From Candidatus Hydrothermarchaeum profundi (lineage in GTDB: Archaea; Hydrothermarchaeota; Hydrothermarchaeia; Hydrothermarchaeales; Hydrothermarchaeaceae): DNA of 64,000 nt. A program made the translations under genes and the position numbers. The stretch lies in the NCBI GenBank assembly GCA_002011125.2, contig MTMF02000009.1:1576989-1640988 (forward strand). The letters are read 5' to 3'. Shown here one piece after another: positions 50,030 to 59,427 of this stretch. How positions within the stretch are numbered: the stretch's first letter is position 1; the number at the start of each line of letters is the position of its first letter. The notes below the pieces were generated by a model that had not been told where the DNA came from, made no database searches, and saw only the letters and a list, made by a program, of their open reading frames with translations.

Positions 50030-50452
50030 GGGCTTTTCTAAGTCTGCCGCTATGAGCCACGAGGACGCTGGCTGCCCCTGGCTTTCTTGTCCCCTGAAAA
50101 AGGAATATCCGCGGGGCTCTTTCCTCGTGGGCACTAGCTCCTTGCGCAGGGAGGGCGTGTCATCAGCGCCTCGTATCTTGATTTTCACTTTGGTGTCTTT
50201 TGTGATTATGCAGCAGCTAGGAGCGTACAGCCTTCAACGTGCTCCTAATGTAGCTCCCAGCATGCCCCTGCCTCTCGCTCCAGCTCCCGAAGTCCATGAA
50301 GAGGTTGGAGATTTCTTTGTCGCTGAGGGAGAGTAGCCTCCAAGCCTCCTAAAGTAGACATCGGCGGTAACCCTGGAACCCCTGGCAAGGTTATCATACC
50401 ACCTTTTAACGTCAGGGTCCTCAAGCAGCATGGCGTATCTTCGACGAAGCAT
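50030..50452 (-). pseudogene. Decayed archaeal tyrosine integrase, N-terminal part
   Basis: Fragments across frames: LLEDPDVKRWYDNLARGS.VTADVY.RRLG / GSYIRSTLKAVRS*LLHN...KIKIRGADDTP / VLVAHSG; frameshifts and an internal stop. Confidence 0.75.
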
Positions 50453-50502
50453 AATAGAAAATTATTATAACAAGTATAAAAAGTTTCGAACCAAAAATGG
50501 TA

Positions 50503-50577
50503 CGGGCCCGGCGGGATTCGAACCCGCGGTCTACAGCTTAGGAGGCTGTCGCCCTATCCTGGCTAGGCTACGAGCCC
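50503..50577 (-). tRNA. tRNA-Arg(CCT)
   Basis: Cloverleaf GGGCTCG...; anticodon arm ACAGC-CTCCTAA-GCTGT; GGTTCGAATCC T-loop; no intron; CCA not encoded in register. Confidence 0.95.
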
Positions 50578-50623
50578 AAAAATACTTATAGTATTTTCAT
50601 ATAAAAGTAACGTGGGGAGGACC

Positions 50624-50776
50624 ATGAGGGTAGTTGATAAATACCTAAAATGGTTGTTTGGGGAAAAGAAATTGGAAAAAGGCCTGAAAATTAGCGAGAT
50701 GGCCTTAGCACCTCTGTTTACACCCTTTGCTCTTGCACAGGATTTAATGTCTAAGAGAAAGAAAGCTAAGAGCTAG
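50624..50776 (+). CDS. Small hypothetical protein (50 aa)
   Basis: GGGGAGG before ATG; MRVVDKYLKWLFGEKKLEKGLKISEMALAPLFTPFALAQDLMSKRKKAKS. Confidence 0.45.
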   Translation: MRVVDKYLKWLFGEKKLEKGLKISEMALAPLFTPFALAQDLMSKRKKAKS

Positions 50777-51825
50777 AGAGGTATAGCCTCTGTTTGAAGC
50801 CTGTCGTAGGTAGGATATTCTTCCACAAGATAATAGCGCAGGTTTTTCCTCCTGTGCACCTCGGAGAGACCACCGACTATTTCCATTGAGGTTTCAATCC
50901 TCATTTTCTCTTTATCTACAGCTATGAGGGACTCTGGGATATCATATTTCTTAATAAGCTCTTTCCTGAGTCGGATAAGCTTACTTATATTTGGGTTATC
51001 AATTTCTATGACTCCTTTCAATAAGAGACCATCGCTACTCACTTCCTCGTAGTCTTTTGCAATATTCTTAGCTGTTCTGATCAACCTCTTCCTTAATTGT
51101 ACCGAGTCCTTGTATCTCGAAGAACAGAAATGTATATTCATATCCTTTGTCTCAAGTATTTGCAACGCAGTCTCTTCACTTTCCTTAGCCGCATAAGAAG
51201 TGTCGTCTTTCAACTCATAGCCCTTCTCTAAGAGTGCTCTAGCATTATTATCAGAAAACTCAAGCTCGTTAAGAATCAGAAAGTCTCCGCCGAGGATTTT
51301 TAGCTTATCAGCGATTCTAGATATCTTCTCACATTCTCCCGGTATAGCAGGGATCTCTATACCAGTTCTTATTCCTAGCGAGATAGCATTTTTAATGCTC
51401 TTCCATAATTTGCCATTTATATGAAATCTCAACTCATCTAATCCTGCTTTTTTTAAAGACTTCAATTCTTGAAGTGATAGCACGCTAGCTGTATACATGT
51501 GAATATGAAAATCTCCAAAGTTTTCTTTTAGAAGCTCAATATAACCGAGAGTTCTTTTAAGTTTCATAGCGGGATCACCTCCCGTAAGCCCCGCGCCTAA
51601 TGCCTTCATTCTATAAGCTTCGTCCAGAATGTCCTGGATCCTTCTTACAGGAACCTCATTTGCCCATACTAGGTCCTTTCCCATTCGCTTTTCTGATAAT
51701 GGGCAGTAATAACAATCTTTGTCGCAGAGCCCTGTGACAAATAAAACTAACTTGGCTCCCTTCATGCAGAGCTTGCATCCATCAGGTAGTTCACCACTAT
51801 ACCTATTAGAGTAGATCTTTTTCAT
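50773..51825 (-). CDS. Radical SAM protein
   Basis: CDKDCYYC, TGGDP, GLDELRFH. Confidence 0.9.
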   Translation of the reverse strand: MKKIYSNRYSGELPDGCKLCMKGAKLVLFVTGLCDKDCYYCPLSEKRMGKDLVWANEVPVRRIQDILDEAYRMKALGAGLTGGDPAMKLKRTLGYIELLKENFGDFHIHMYTASVLSLQELKSLKKAGLDELRFHINGKLWKSIKNAISLGIRTGIEIPAIPGECEKISRIADKLKILGGDFLILNELEFSDNNARALLEKGYELKDDTSYAAKESEETALQILETKDMNIHFCSSRYKDSVQLRKRLIRTAKNIAKDYEEVSSDGLLLKGVIEIDNPNISKLIRLRKELIKKYDIPESLIAVDKEKMRIETSMEIVGGLSEVHRRKNLRYYLVEEYPTYDRLQTEAIPL

Positions 51826-51898
51826 GCTGAATACAATTAATACTTCTAACGATTAATAGGAATTTAAATGCTTTAATTTCAAAAAATAAAGTAGCTCT

Positions 51899-52330
51899 CT
51901 ATTCCTGGAGGATTTTCATGGGATCAAAATGTACATGCTCTGCTTCACAAACCTCTTTTACCTCTAGACCCATTTCATTGAAAGTTTCTAAAATCTTAGG
52001 AGTATCCCGGTCTGCATCGTTTGTAATTGCATCCATGATTATTGTGTTACTTAGTAAACCAGATCTAAGTTCCAGTACAAATGGCATCTCCTTCAGCTTA
52101 TCAATAATCTCTGCTTTATTAACTAATGGCGCTGAAAGTATGAAAGTGAGCCTACGGACTCCGAAATGTTTTGTATCAGGCACGCAATAAATTTTGAGTA
52201 TACCCTTATTCAACATGCCTAATATTTTCTGTCTAACGGTTTCCGGGGATATATTAAGATCTTTAGCAAGCTCAACATATGATGCCCGGGGATTCATTAT
52301 TAACCGTCTTATAATCTCTTTTTCTTTCAT
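51899..52330 (-). CDS. Lrp/AsnC-like regulator
   Basis: N.RASY.ELAK.LNIS.ETVR HTH. Confidence 0.75.
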   Translation of the reverse strand: MKEKEIIRRLIMNPRASYVELAKDLNISPETVRQKILGMLNKGILKIYCVPDTKHFGVRRLTFILSAPLVNKAEIIDKLKEMPFVLELRSGLLSNTIIMDAITNDADRDTPKILETFNEMGLEVKEVCEAEHVHFDPMKILQE

Positions 52331-52488
52331 TCAATCTTCATAATCTGATTTCTACTATATTAATTTTGTTTTCATTAAAAATATCTGAGAAAAATAATGA
52401 AAAAAATTGCAATTGCAATTTCCAGTGGAAATATACCCATAAATTTATATATTTTCCTAAGGAATACTAAAGAACACAGGTGGGGAAA

Positions 52489-52605
52489 ATGGGCGAACAT
52501 TTTGAAAAAAGGCGGAGGGCGCTTATAGAGAAGTTTGTCAAAGAAAGAGGCTGGTTCGTTCCATCCCTCCATGAAAAATACATAGCCAAAATGGAACAGA
52601 AATAA
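52489..52605 (+). CDS. Small hypothetical protein (38 aa)
   Basis: TTTATATA at ~52444, AGGTGGGG before ATG; MGEHFEKRRRALIEKFVKERGWFVPSLHEKYIAKMEQK. Confidence 0.45.
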   Translation: MGEHFEKRRRALIEKFVKERGWFVPSLHEKYIAKMEQK

Positions 52606-52714
52606 AATATATAGGGGGAGAGGGCCTTCCGCTTATAAATGAATGAAGTGCTTTGGTAGATGAGAAACTTTTTTTACGATTGATCTCCAAGAATAATTTC
52701 CTGGAGGTATTCAA

Positions 52715-53368
52715 ATGGAGATTTTAGGCATAAATGGAAGCCCAAAGAAAAAAGGTAACACAGCAAGTGCACTTACATTCCTATTAAATGAATGTGAGAA
52801 AAAAATAGATACCAAAACTCGTATTTTTCATGTATATGAGATGGAAATTAACTTCTGCGATGGATGCTTCACTTGCCTTGAAAAAGGTACAAAGATAAGG
52901 CCCTGCCCTAGACATATCGATGATATGAATGAGATATATTCTAGATTAGAAGAAGCTACTGCTATAGTAATGGCGAGCCCAGTATTCTACGGTTGCGTAT
53001 CCTCAAAATTGAAGGCCTTTATGGAAAGATGCCTCCCTGCCTACGACTACCCTGCATCAAAGTGTGAATTAAAAGGAGCCCTTAGAGAAAAACTAGGGCT
53101 TGCAATCGCCGTTGGCGGGGCACGAAATGACGGAATAGAAGCAGTTCTCTCTCAACTTAGAAACTTTTTCTTTTCAAATAATATGCGCCCAATAGGTACC
53201 GCTGGTGGGATAGGGCCAAACGGGCTACCTTACCTATCAAGTAATTTGGGTGTAGGAATTGTCTCAAACGAAGAAGGAAATGCGCTAGAAAGGGATGTAT
53301 TGGCAAAAGAGTCTCTTAAATGGGCGGCTCAAAAACTGATAGACGAAGTTACTTCTGATGTGAGATAA
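52715..53368 (+). CDS. Iron-sulfur flavoprotein (flavodoxin-like)
   Basis: GSPKKKGNT, CDGCFTC...C, ASPVFYG. Confidence 0.88.
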   Translation: MEILGINGSPKKKGNTASALTFLLNECEKKIDTKTRIFHVYEMEINFCDGCFTCLEKGTKIRPCPRHIDDMNEIYSRLEEATAIVMASPVFYGCVSSKLKAFMERCLPAYDYPASKCELKGALREKLGLAIAVGGARNDGIEAVLSQLRNFFFSNNMRPIGTAGGIGPNGLPYLSSNLGVGIVSNEEGNALERDVLAKESLKWAAQKLIDEVTSDVR

Positions 53369-54749
53369 GTCTAGATCTGCCGTTGAACTCGGTTTCTTTA
53401 ACATTCACCGTAAGCGGCAGTTCCTTTAAACGCTCAAAATCTCCCCCTACAACACACTCAAAAATCTCTGGGTATATCTTGGCTCTTTCATCCCAGTCGT
53501 AGTATCTAACTACAAATTCTCTTGCATTCTTGCCCATTTCTTCTATCTTCTCAGGATTACTTAAAAGATACTCTATTTTAGCTGCAATATCCTTCGGATC
53601 AAAAGGATTACATTGCAGAGCAGTAACATCATTAATCATACGCTCCATAAAACCTCCAGTTCCATTTATACAAGGGACTCCGCAAGCTCCCGCCTCCAAG
53701 TCAAACTGCCCATGAGGTTCGTACTTACTCGGTGCTAGTGCTATTTTGGCCCTAGATATTTCTACTGCCTTCTCTTCATTAGGTACCCATCGCGTAGTAA
53801 CAAATATATTATCCTCGAGTCTTTCTTTTTTTATCCTTTCATAAACCTCCGCTTCAAGCTCTCCGCCCCCTATCATTCTTACCTTAATCTCAGGATATTT
53901 TGGTAATAGAATCTTTATTGCATCGATTAGTTCCATAACTCCCTTTACATGCGCGAACCTAGCTATGAAAATTATATCATAACGTTTATCCACATTCATA
54001 GGCCTATAAACATCCGTATCAACACCATGGTGTATGGGATAAGTTTTCTCCCGTATCACATCCGTAGGGATACCGTGCATAGAACCCACTTTAACTACTT
54101 CTTCTACCATATTCAAGCCTACTGTGAAAACAACATCACTTTTCTTTATACCAATCGCTTCTATGTCCCGTATAGTCCTAGAACCAGAATAGTATCCGCC
54201 ATAAGAGATTTCTTTAGGGCCTTCAAAAGTATGAACTATGCCTCCAACCCTGCCAGACTCTAGAGAATGGAGAAATGAAATCAAAGGCACATGATATTTA
54301 ACGGATTTTTCGAAACTCCCTAATATCGCCATCCAATCGTGGGCAACTATTAAGTCCGGGTCTATACTTGTTCTAATGTAGGGGATAGCTAAACTATAGT
54401 CAGATATGAATGGTATTAAAGGAAGCTCTGAACTATGTTGACCACTAAACTCTATCCCCGCCATGTTAAATAGCTCTTGACATTTTTTTATTGTTTCATC
54501 AGGATATAACCCGAATAACGGCCTCACAACCCTATATCCATCTATCTCCTCATAGATAGGTAGATCCTTCCCTCTCAGTCTCCGCATCCCCACGCCTAGG
54601 ATATTTACTCTCCCTGAAATTCTAGAGAGAACTTCATCAGATACTACCCCCAGCCCCCCAACTATACCGTATTTCTTTTTCTCCTTGTATTCTGGAAACC
54701 CATATGAAGGCAATTCGTAGCTATTCCATTCAATGTTTAACTTTCCCAC
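53349..54749 (-). CDS. GT4-family glycosyltransferase
   Basis: GGLG, AHDW, HGVD, KG, PSKYEP. Confidence 0.85.
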   Translation of the reverse strand: MGKLNIEWNSYELPSYGFPEYKEKKKYGIVGGLGVVSDEVLSRISGRVNILGVGMRRLRGKDLPIYEEIDGYRVVRPLFGLYPDETIKKCQELFNMAGIEFSGQHSSELPLIPFISDYSLAIPYIRTSIDPDLIVAHDWMAILGSFEKSVKYHVPLISFLHSLESGRVGGIVHTFEGPKEISYGGYYSGSRTIRDIEAIGIKKSDVVFTVGLNMVEEVVKVGSMHGIPTDVIREKTYPIHHGVDTDVYRPMNVDKRYDIIFIARFAHVKGVMELIDAIKILLPKYPEIKVRMIGGGELEAEVYERIKKERLEDNIFVTTRWVPNEEKAVEISRAKIALAPSKYEPHGQFDLEAGACGVPCINGTGGFMERMINDVTALQCNPFDPKDIAAKIEYLLSNPEKIEEMGKNAREFVVRYYDWDERAKIYPEIFECVVGGDFERLKELPLTVNVKETEFNGRSRLISHQK

Positions 54750-54888
54750 ACATCACCAAACTGCTACAATGCATATAAATATTTTGAAAAAATTATTGCT
54801 TCAAATAGCTCTGAGAAATGTTAAAAAATAATTTTTATATGCGCTTACCTAATTCCATAGACTTCTCGTTAATATTAAAAAGGGGAAA

Positions 54889-56394
54889 TTGTTAAGACTT
54901 ACTCCTATGCGGATTGCAATCCTAGTTTTTATAATGACCGTAGCAACCGCTTATGCTTATAGTCCCCACGAAGACCCATCAAAACATCCTGGAGCTTACT
55001 GTATAAACTGCCACAAGAGATTTATCGTAGATAACCCTACCGTGGTAGAGATGTTTCCATGTAATAAACAGCCATGTCATAGTTTAGGTGAGGAGGAAAG
55101 GGCCGCTATCCATCTAAAAGAATACATGTGCGAGGACTGCCATGCAGCAATGTCAAAAGGCTTCGACATCCACAACATCCACAGAGGAAAAGTCAACTGC
55201 AAGATATGCCACCTCAGCCCCAGAGGATGGAACTCATCCATAGCAACAATACCAGAGCCAACAAAAAAAATAGAATCAGAAGGCTACACCATCTACATAC
55301 CCGGAGACACCAAATGCCCATACTGCCACAAAACAGCAGAAAAACCAAAAAAACTACACCAAGTACACCAGCCAGTAATCAACACATCCTGCAAGACATG
55401 CCACGGAAGTCTACATAAAGGGGATATCTGCATTAATTGCCATGTGAAATATTCCATCAAAAAGAATTCGGGCTGCATAACTGCATGTCATAGTTTAGGT
55501 GAGGAGGAAAGGGCCGCTATCCATCTAAAAGAATACATGTGCGAGGACTGCCATGCAGCAATGTCAAAAGGCTTCGACATCCACAACATCCACAGAGGAA
55601 AAGTCAACTGCAAGATATGCCACCTCAGCCCCAGAGGATGGAACTCATCCATAGCAACAATACCAGAGCCAACAAAAAAAATAGAATCAGAAGGCTACAC
55701 CATCTACATACCCGGAGACACCAAATGCCCATACTGCCACAAAACAGCAGAAAAACCAAAAAAACTACACCAAGTACACCAGCCAGTAATCAACACATCC
55801 TGCAAGACATGCCACGGAAAAATGAAGCCCTCTATTCTAAAACTATGGGGAATAGAAGCTAAAAAAATTAAGAAAGAGGGTTTATTAGAATCATTAAATA
55901 AAAAAATCTCTAGCATTTTCCAAGCAAAAGTAGATATGAGCTGTAATTTATGCCATGAAGAACTAGTATCAAGTTTCTATACAAGCCCTGTTACTAAAAA
56001 AATCTCTAAAGTACATATGTGGGCTAGCCAAGCAGACATCTTTTTCGGGCCTAACGGAGAACTGAAATATGAAATGGAGTTTACAATTAATAATGAGAGT
56101 ACTGCCTGCCTATTATGTCACAAGATAGAAACAGTTAACGTTTATACAGGGAGCCATAAGATATACTGGAGAAAATGTACTAATGAAAGCTGTCATGGAG
56201 ATATAGCCTCAAATGGTACACGAATCTTCGTGGATGCAGGTAGCTTTAACTTGCCTGCATCAGCTAGAAATAGTCACGGATTATGGATTCAAAAAATAGA
56301 AAAAAAAGGATGGACTCAGGGATTTAGAGAAATCTGCGGTTGTCATCAGATACATCCTACCTACTCAAGAAGCTTAATAACCTCTGTTTTATAA
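54889..56394 (+). CDS. Secreted multiheme cytochrome c (12 CxxCH plus 3-4 atypical motifs)
   Basis: Signal peptide; motifs counted in the translation; internal duplication. Confidence 0.9.
   Translation: MLRLTPMRIAILVFIMTVATAYAYSPHEDPSKHPGAYCINCHKRFIVDNPTVVEMFPCNKQPCHSLGEEERAAIHLKEYMCEDCHAAMSKGFDIHNIHRGKVNCKICHLSPRGWNSSIATIPEPTKKIESEGYTIYIPGDTKCPYCHKTAEKPKKLHQVHQPVINTSCKTCHGSLHKGDICINCHVKYSIKKNSGCITACHSLGEEERAAIHLKEYMCEDCHAAMSKGFDIHNIHRGKVNCKICHLSPRGWNSSIATIPEPTKKIESEGYTIYIPGDTKCPYCHKTAEKPKKLHQVHQPVINTSCKTCHGKMKPSILKLWGIEAKKIKKEGLLESLNKKISSIFQAKVDMSCNLCHEELVSSFYTSPVTKKISKVHMWASQADIFFGPNGELKYEMEFTINNESTACLLCHKIETVNVYTGSHKIYWRKCTNESCHGDIASNGTRIFVDAGSFNLPASARNSHGLWIQKIEKKGWTQGFREICGCHQIHPTYSRSLITSVL
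55073..55819 (+). repeat. Exact 336-bp intragenic direct repeat (55073-55408 and 55484-55819)
   Basis: Copies identical by eye, offset 411 bp (in frame). Confidence 0.93.
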
Positions 56395-58100
56395 GTATCA
56401 AGCATATTTTTGATCTCTATCTCGTTTAATTTTCCTTGTGAACTTTCAGTTTCAAAGAATCTTTTTGGAATCCTAATCGCATCTAAATTAAAGCCTTCTC
56501 TTGTCTTAAACTTATATTTTATCTTGAAAATTTCCTTACCTATACCTAAAAATTCCTCTACCTCCTTCTGGATTCCTAAAGAGTTAAGAGCTTTTTCTAT
56601 TCGCTCTGGGGTATAAACCTCCCTTGCGAATAAGCATATCACGAGGGAATTAGCAAAACACCGCCAATAGTCTTCTCTCAATAAATTACTTACAATTTCG
56701 GTCTCTCTTAATTTACCTTTCAATAATTTTTGATCCAAGCTGTATCCCGCATTATCCAGGTGCCCATGTCTCGGACCGGCTATGTGCCCTATAAGATTCG
56801 CCCTGCCCGTATGATAACCAGCCATACCGAGCCCCCCTAACGATAAAGCATATTCCTCTCCACCAAACTTTTGTGCAGCCGCCGTTTCACCTTTAGCTAA
56901 GGCCTTATAAAAATCATTGGGCATCTTAACAATATACTGGACGGCCTTTTTATAGGCCTCCACATTACCAAAAGCCAGATCTATGCCAAGAGTATCATGT
57001 TTAGATATGAGATGGTTTTCATAGGCCTCCGTTGCCCAAGAGAGAGTCGTCCCAGTAGACATTGCATCTAGCCCCAAATGATCCACAGACTCTATTAAAC
57101 TTAGAACTTGCTCTGCCAGAGGTATCCCTAACAAGCTACCTAGCGCGAATATAGGCTCATAATCATAAGGGATCCTTTTGGTCTCGAATTCGAATCCCCT
57201 GGCAAAAGGAATCTGCATTGTAGCTATATGAATACATCCAACCGGACAAGCAGTACATGCAATGTGCTTCGCCATATAATTCTCAGCAAGATGCTCCCCT
57301 GAGATATACTCGGCATACTCAAAAGTAGAAGATTTAAGATTCCTAGTCGGCAAGCCCCTAATCTGATTCAAGGGATTGACATTAATAGCAGTACCATAAT
57401 CATGGTATTTGTTAAGACTATCAGTATTCACAATAACATCATACAACTCTTTATATGCCTTCAAATATCCTTTTTTATCCTCCATAGGTAGGTCTTTTGA
57501 ACCAGAAATCGCAATGGCTTTAAGATTCTTGCTCCCAAATACCGCTCCTAAGCCAAGCCTACCAAAATGTCTGTATGTGTCAACATTTACATTTGCATAT
57601 CTTACTAAGTTCTCTCCTGCGGGACCGATCCTTATTATACTCCTTCTACCTGGAGCGGGTTCTACATCCCTTAAAATCTTTCCCACAGTATACGCTGAAG
57701 ATATACCCCATATCGATCTCGCATCCTTAAAGTAAACTTTTTCATTTTGGATGGATAGATAAACCGGGCGATCACTTTTTCCTTTTATAACAATAGCCAT
57801 GTTTCCAGAGAAACGCATAGCGGCACCTAGCCTACCACCAGCATAGCTCTCGCCTAATTCGTTTGTCAAAGGAGATTTAAAAAGAGCAACCGCCTTAGTA
57901 CATGTAGGAAATGCCCCAGTTAAAGGTCCGGTAGATAGGATTATTGGATTCTCAGGGCTGAGAGGGTCTACGCCTTTGGGACAGTTCTCCATAAGGAGGC
58001 TTATACCTACCCCTACCCCCCCAATATATTTCTCAAAAAGGTCTTTTCTTTCCTCCTGATACACTTCTCTATTTCCAAGGTTAATGTAAAGTACATTCAT
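56361..58100 (-). CDS. aor: Aldehyde:ferredoxin oxidoreductase family (W/Mo-pterin)
   Basis: KSPLT, IGPAGEN.V, GAVFGSKNLKAI, CTACPVGC, YE, GLDAMS. Confidence 0.9.
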   Translation of the reverse strand: MNVLYINLGNREVYQEERKDLFEKYIGGVGVGISLLMENCPKGVDPLSPENPIILSTGPLTGAFPTCTKAVALFKSPLTNELGESYAGGRLGAAMRFSGNMAIVIKGKSDRPVYLSIQNEKVYFKDARSIWGISSAYTVGKILRDVEPAPGRRSIIRIGPAGENLVRYANVNVDTYRHFGRLGLGAVFGSKNLKAIAISGSKDLPMEDKKGYLKAYKELYDVIVNTDSLNKYHDYGTAINVNPLNQIRGLPTRNLKSSTFEYAEYISGEHLAENYMAKHIACTACPVGCIHIATMQIPFARGFEFETKRIPYDYEPIFALGSLLGIPLAEQVLSLIESVDHLGLDAMSTGTTLSWATEAYENHLISKHDTLGIDLAFGNVEAYKKAVQYIVKMPNDFYKALAKGETAAAQKFGGEEYALSLGGLGMAGYHTGRANLIGHIAGPRHGHLDNAGYSLDQKLLKGKLRETEIVSNLLREDYWRCFANSLVICLFAREVYTPERIEKALNSLGIQKEVEEFLGIGKEIFKIKYKFKTREGFNLDAIRIPKRFFETESSQGKLNEIEIKNMLDTYKTEVIKLLE

Positions 58101-58501
58101 AGTACTTCAAACCTCTCAAGTTCAAGAATATCATGGGGGCAAAATTTAGCACAAGCTCCGCATTGAATACATATTAGCGGCTGATTTAGTTCTTCATCAA
58201 ACTCGATGGCCCCGAGAAGGCAAGCTTCAACGCATTTTTTACAACCAGTACACTTTTCTTTTATAAAATAAAGGCTATCTCTAACTTCAATAGCATACTC
58301 AGGACATGAAGCTACACATGGAGGGTCTTCACACATCCTACATGCAACAATTGCAAATTCACTTTCTATTCCGCCTGTAGTTTTAACATGTATAGCGCTC
58401 CTATCCGTAGAAATAACCCCATATCTCGTTCTAGCACATGCAAAAACGCAACTCATACAGCCGATACACCGCTCTGGATTCTTTACTTTTATCCTCTTCA
58501 T
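58097..58501 (-). CDS. 4Fe-4S polyferredoxin partner of AOR
   Basis: Four Cys clusters. Confidence 0.9.
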   Translation of the reverse strand: MKRIKVKNPERCIGCMSCVFACARTRYGVISTDRSAIHVKTTGGIESEFAIVACRMCEDPPCVASCPEYAIEVRDSLYFIKEKCTGCKKCVEACLLGAIEFDEELNQPLICIQCGACAKFCPHDILELERFEVL

Positions 58502-58600
58502 ATCATCTCCCCTAATACTCCACTCCTCGAGTATTTTCTACCTCTGCAGATAAATATTTTATGCGGAAAAACTTTATTATCTAAAGACTGACTTAACATC

Positions 58601-59233
58601 ATGAGATTTAGTTCAATTCTTATAGTGATCCTCGTTATAACTGGAGTTTACCTACTTCCATCCGTGCTGGCAAAGTTTGCAGGAACTCACACCGTAGAAG
58701 TTAATCAAACAGGAGGCGTACAACAACTTAGATGCATCGAGTGCCATGAATACGCATTTGATGAATTAAACTCTACAGTTGCACAATCGGTGCTTAAAAA
58801 ACACAAAAATGCTGCAGGAAATTCTACTTACACTTTAAGCTGGCTCCAACGTAGCTTGAACAATCAAACCGACGAAGGAATTTGCATTCTATGCCATGGA
58901 GTAATAAAAGCTTACGAGAATTTGAGTCATACAGGAGTAGTAATGAGAGTATGCACGGATATAAATTGCCATGGAAACAATGAAACTACAAACAACACAA
59001 TGTACAGCGCGGGAAATGTTGGACCAGTTCTTGGAAATACTAACGCCCATGAAGAGTGGTTTGATGATATGGGTTCTTACTTGACTAGACATCAAAATGA
59101 GTCTGGCGCTAACTTAACTCGTGATTATTACACTTGCTTAGGTTGTCATACTTATACTGAAGTGGACATCAGTATTAGCAGAGCTAACTATGATCATTCA
59201 GACCCCTCATACAGCAAAAATAGGTATATTTAA
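58601..59233 (+). CDS. Secreted tetraheme cytochrome c (candidate filament subunit)
   Basis: Signal ending LPSVLA-KFAGTH; CIECH, CILCH, CTDINCH, CLGCH; 9 NxS/T sequons; no TM anchor. Confidence 0.85.
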   Translation: MRFSSILIVILVITGVYLLPSVLAKFAGTHTVEVNQTGGVQQLRCIECHEYAFDELNSTVAQSVLKKHKNAAGNSTYTLSWLQRSLNNQTDEGICILCHGVIKAYENLSHTGVVMRVCTDINCHGNNETTNNTMYSAGNVGPVLGNTNAHEEWFDDMGSYLTRHQNESGANLTRDYYTCLGCHTYTEVDISISRANYDHSDPSYSKNRYI

Positions 59234-59337
59234 TCAAACTTTGACGGAAAGTAAGAATTTTTCTAGGATTTTTAAATGAAATTTACTTTTATTTACAAAT
59301 AATAAGAATAAATAAACATCGACACTAAGTCTCTTAT

Positions 59338-59353
59338 GGAAAAGTTTAAATAT
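59338..59353 (+). promoter_or_regulatory. BRE/TATA promoter candidate for the second tetraheme gene
   Basis: ggaaaagTTTAAATA; GGAGGTGA precedes the TTG start at 59428. Confidence 0.5.
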
Positions 59354-59427
59354 TATTTTGATTATTGTTAATCTAACACCGTCCCTCATCTGGGAGATAC
59401 TATGAGGAAGGAGACGGAGGTGAAATA

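Noticed and set aside
50025-50336. 103-aa plus-strand ORF
   Set aside because: Antisense to the integrase pseudogene
52375-52572. 65-aa minus-strand ORF
   Set aside because: No motif; the opposite-strand 38-aa ORF has better expression signals
55073-55819. Diversity-generating retroelement TR/VR pair
   Set aside because: Copies are identical with no adenine-specific differences, both are coding, and no reverse transcriptase is in the window
55128-55862. Alternative-frame ORFs of 96 and 107 aa
   Set aside because: By-product of T depletion removing stop codons inside the repeat
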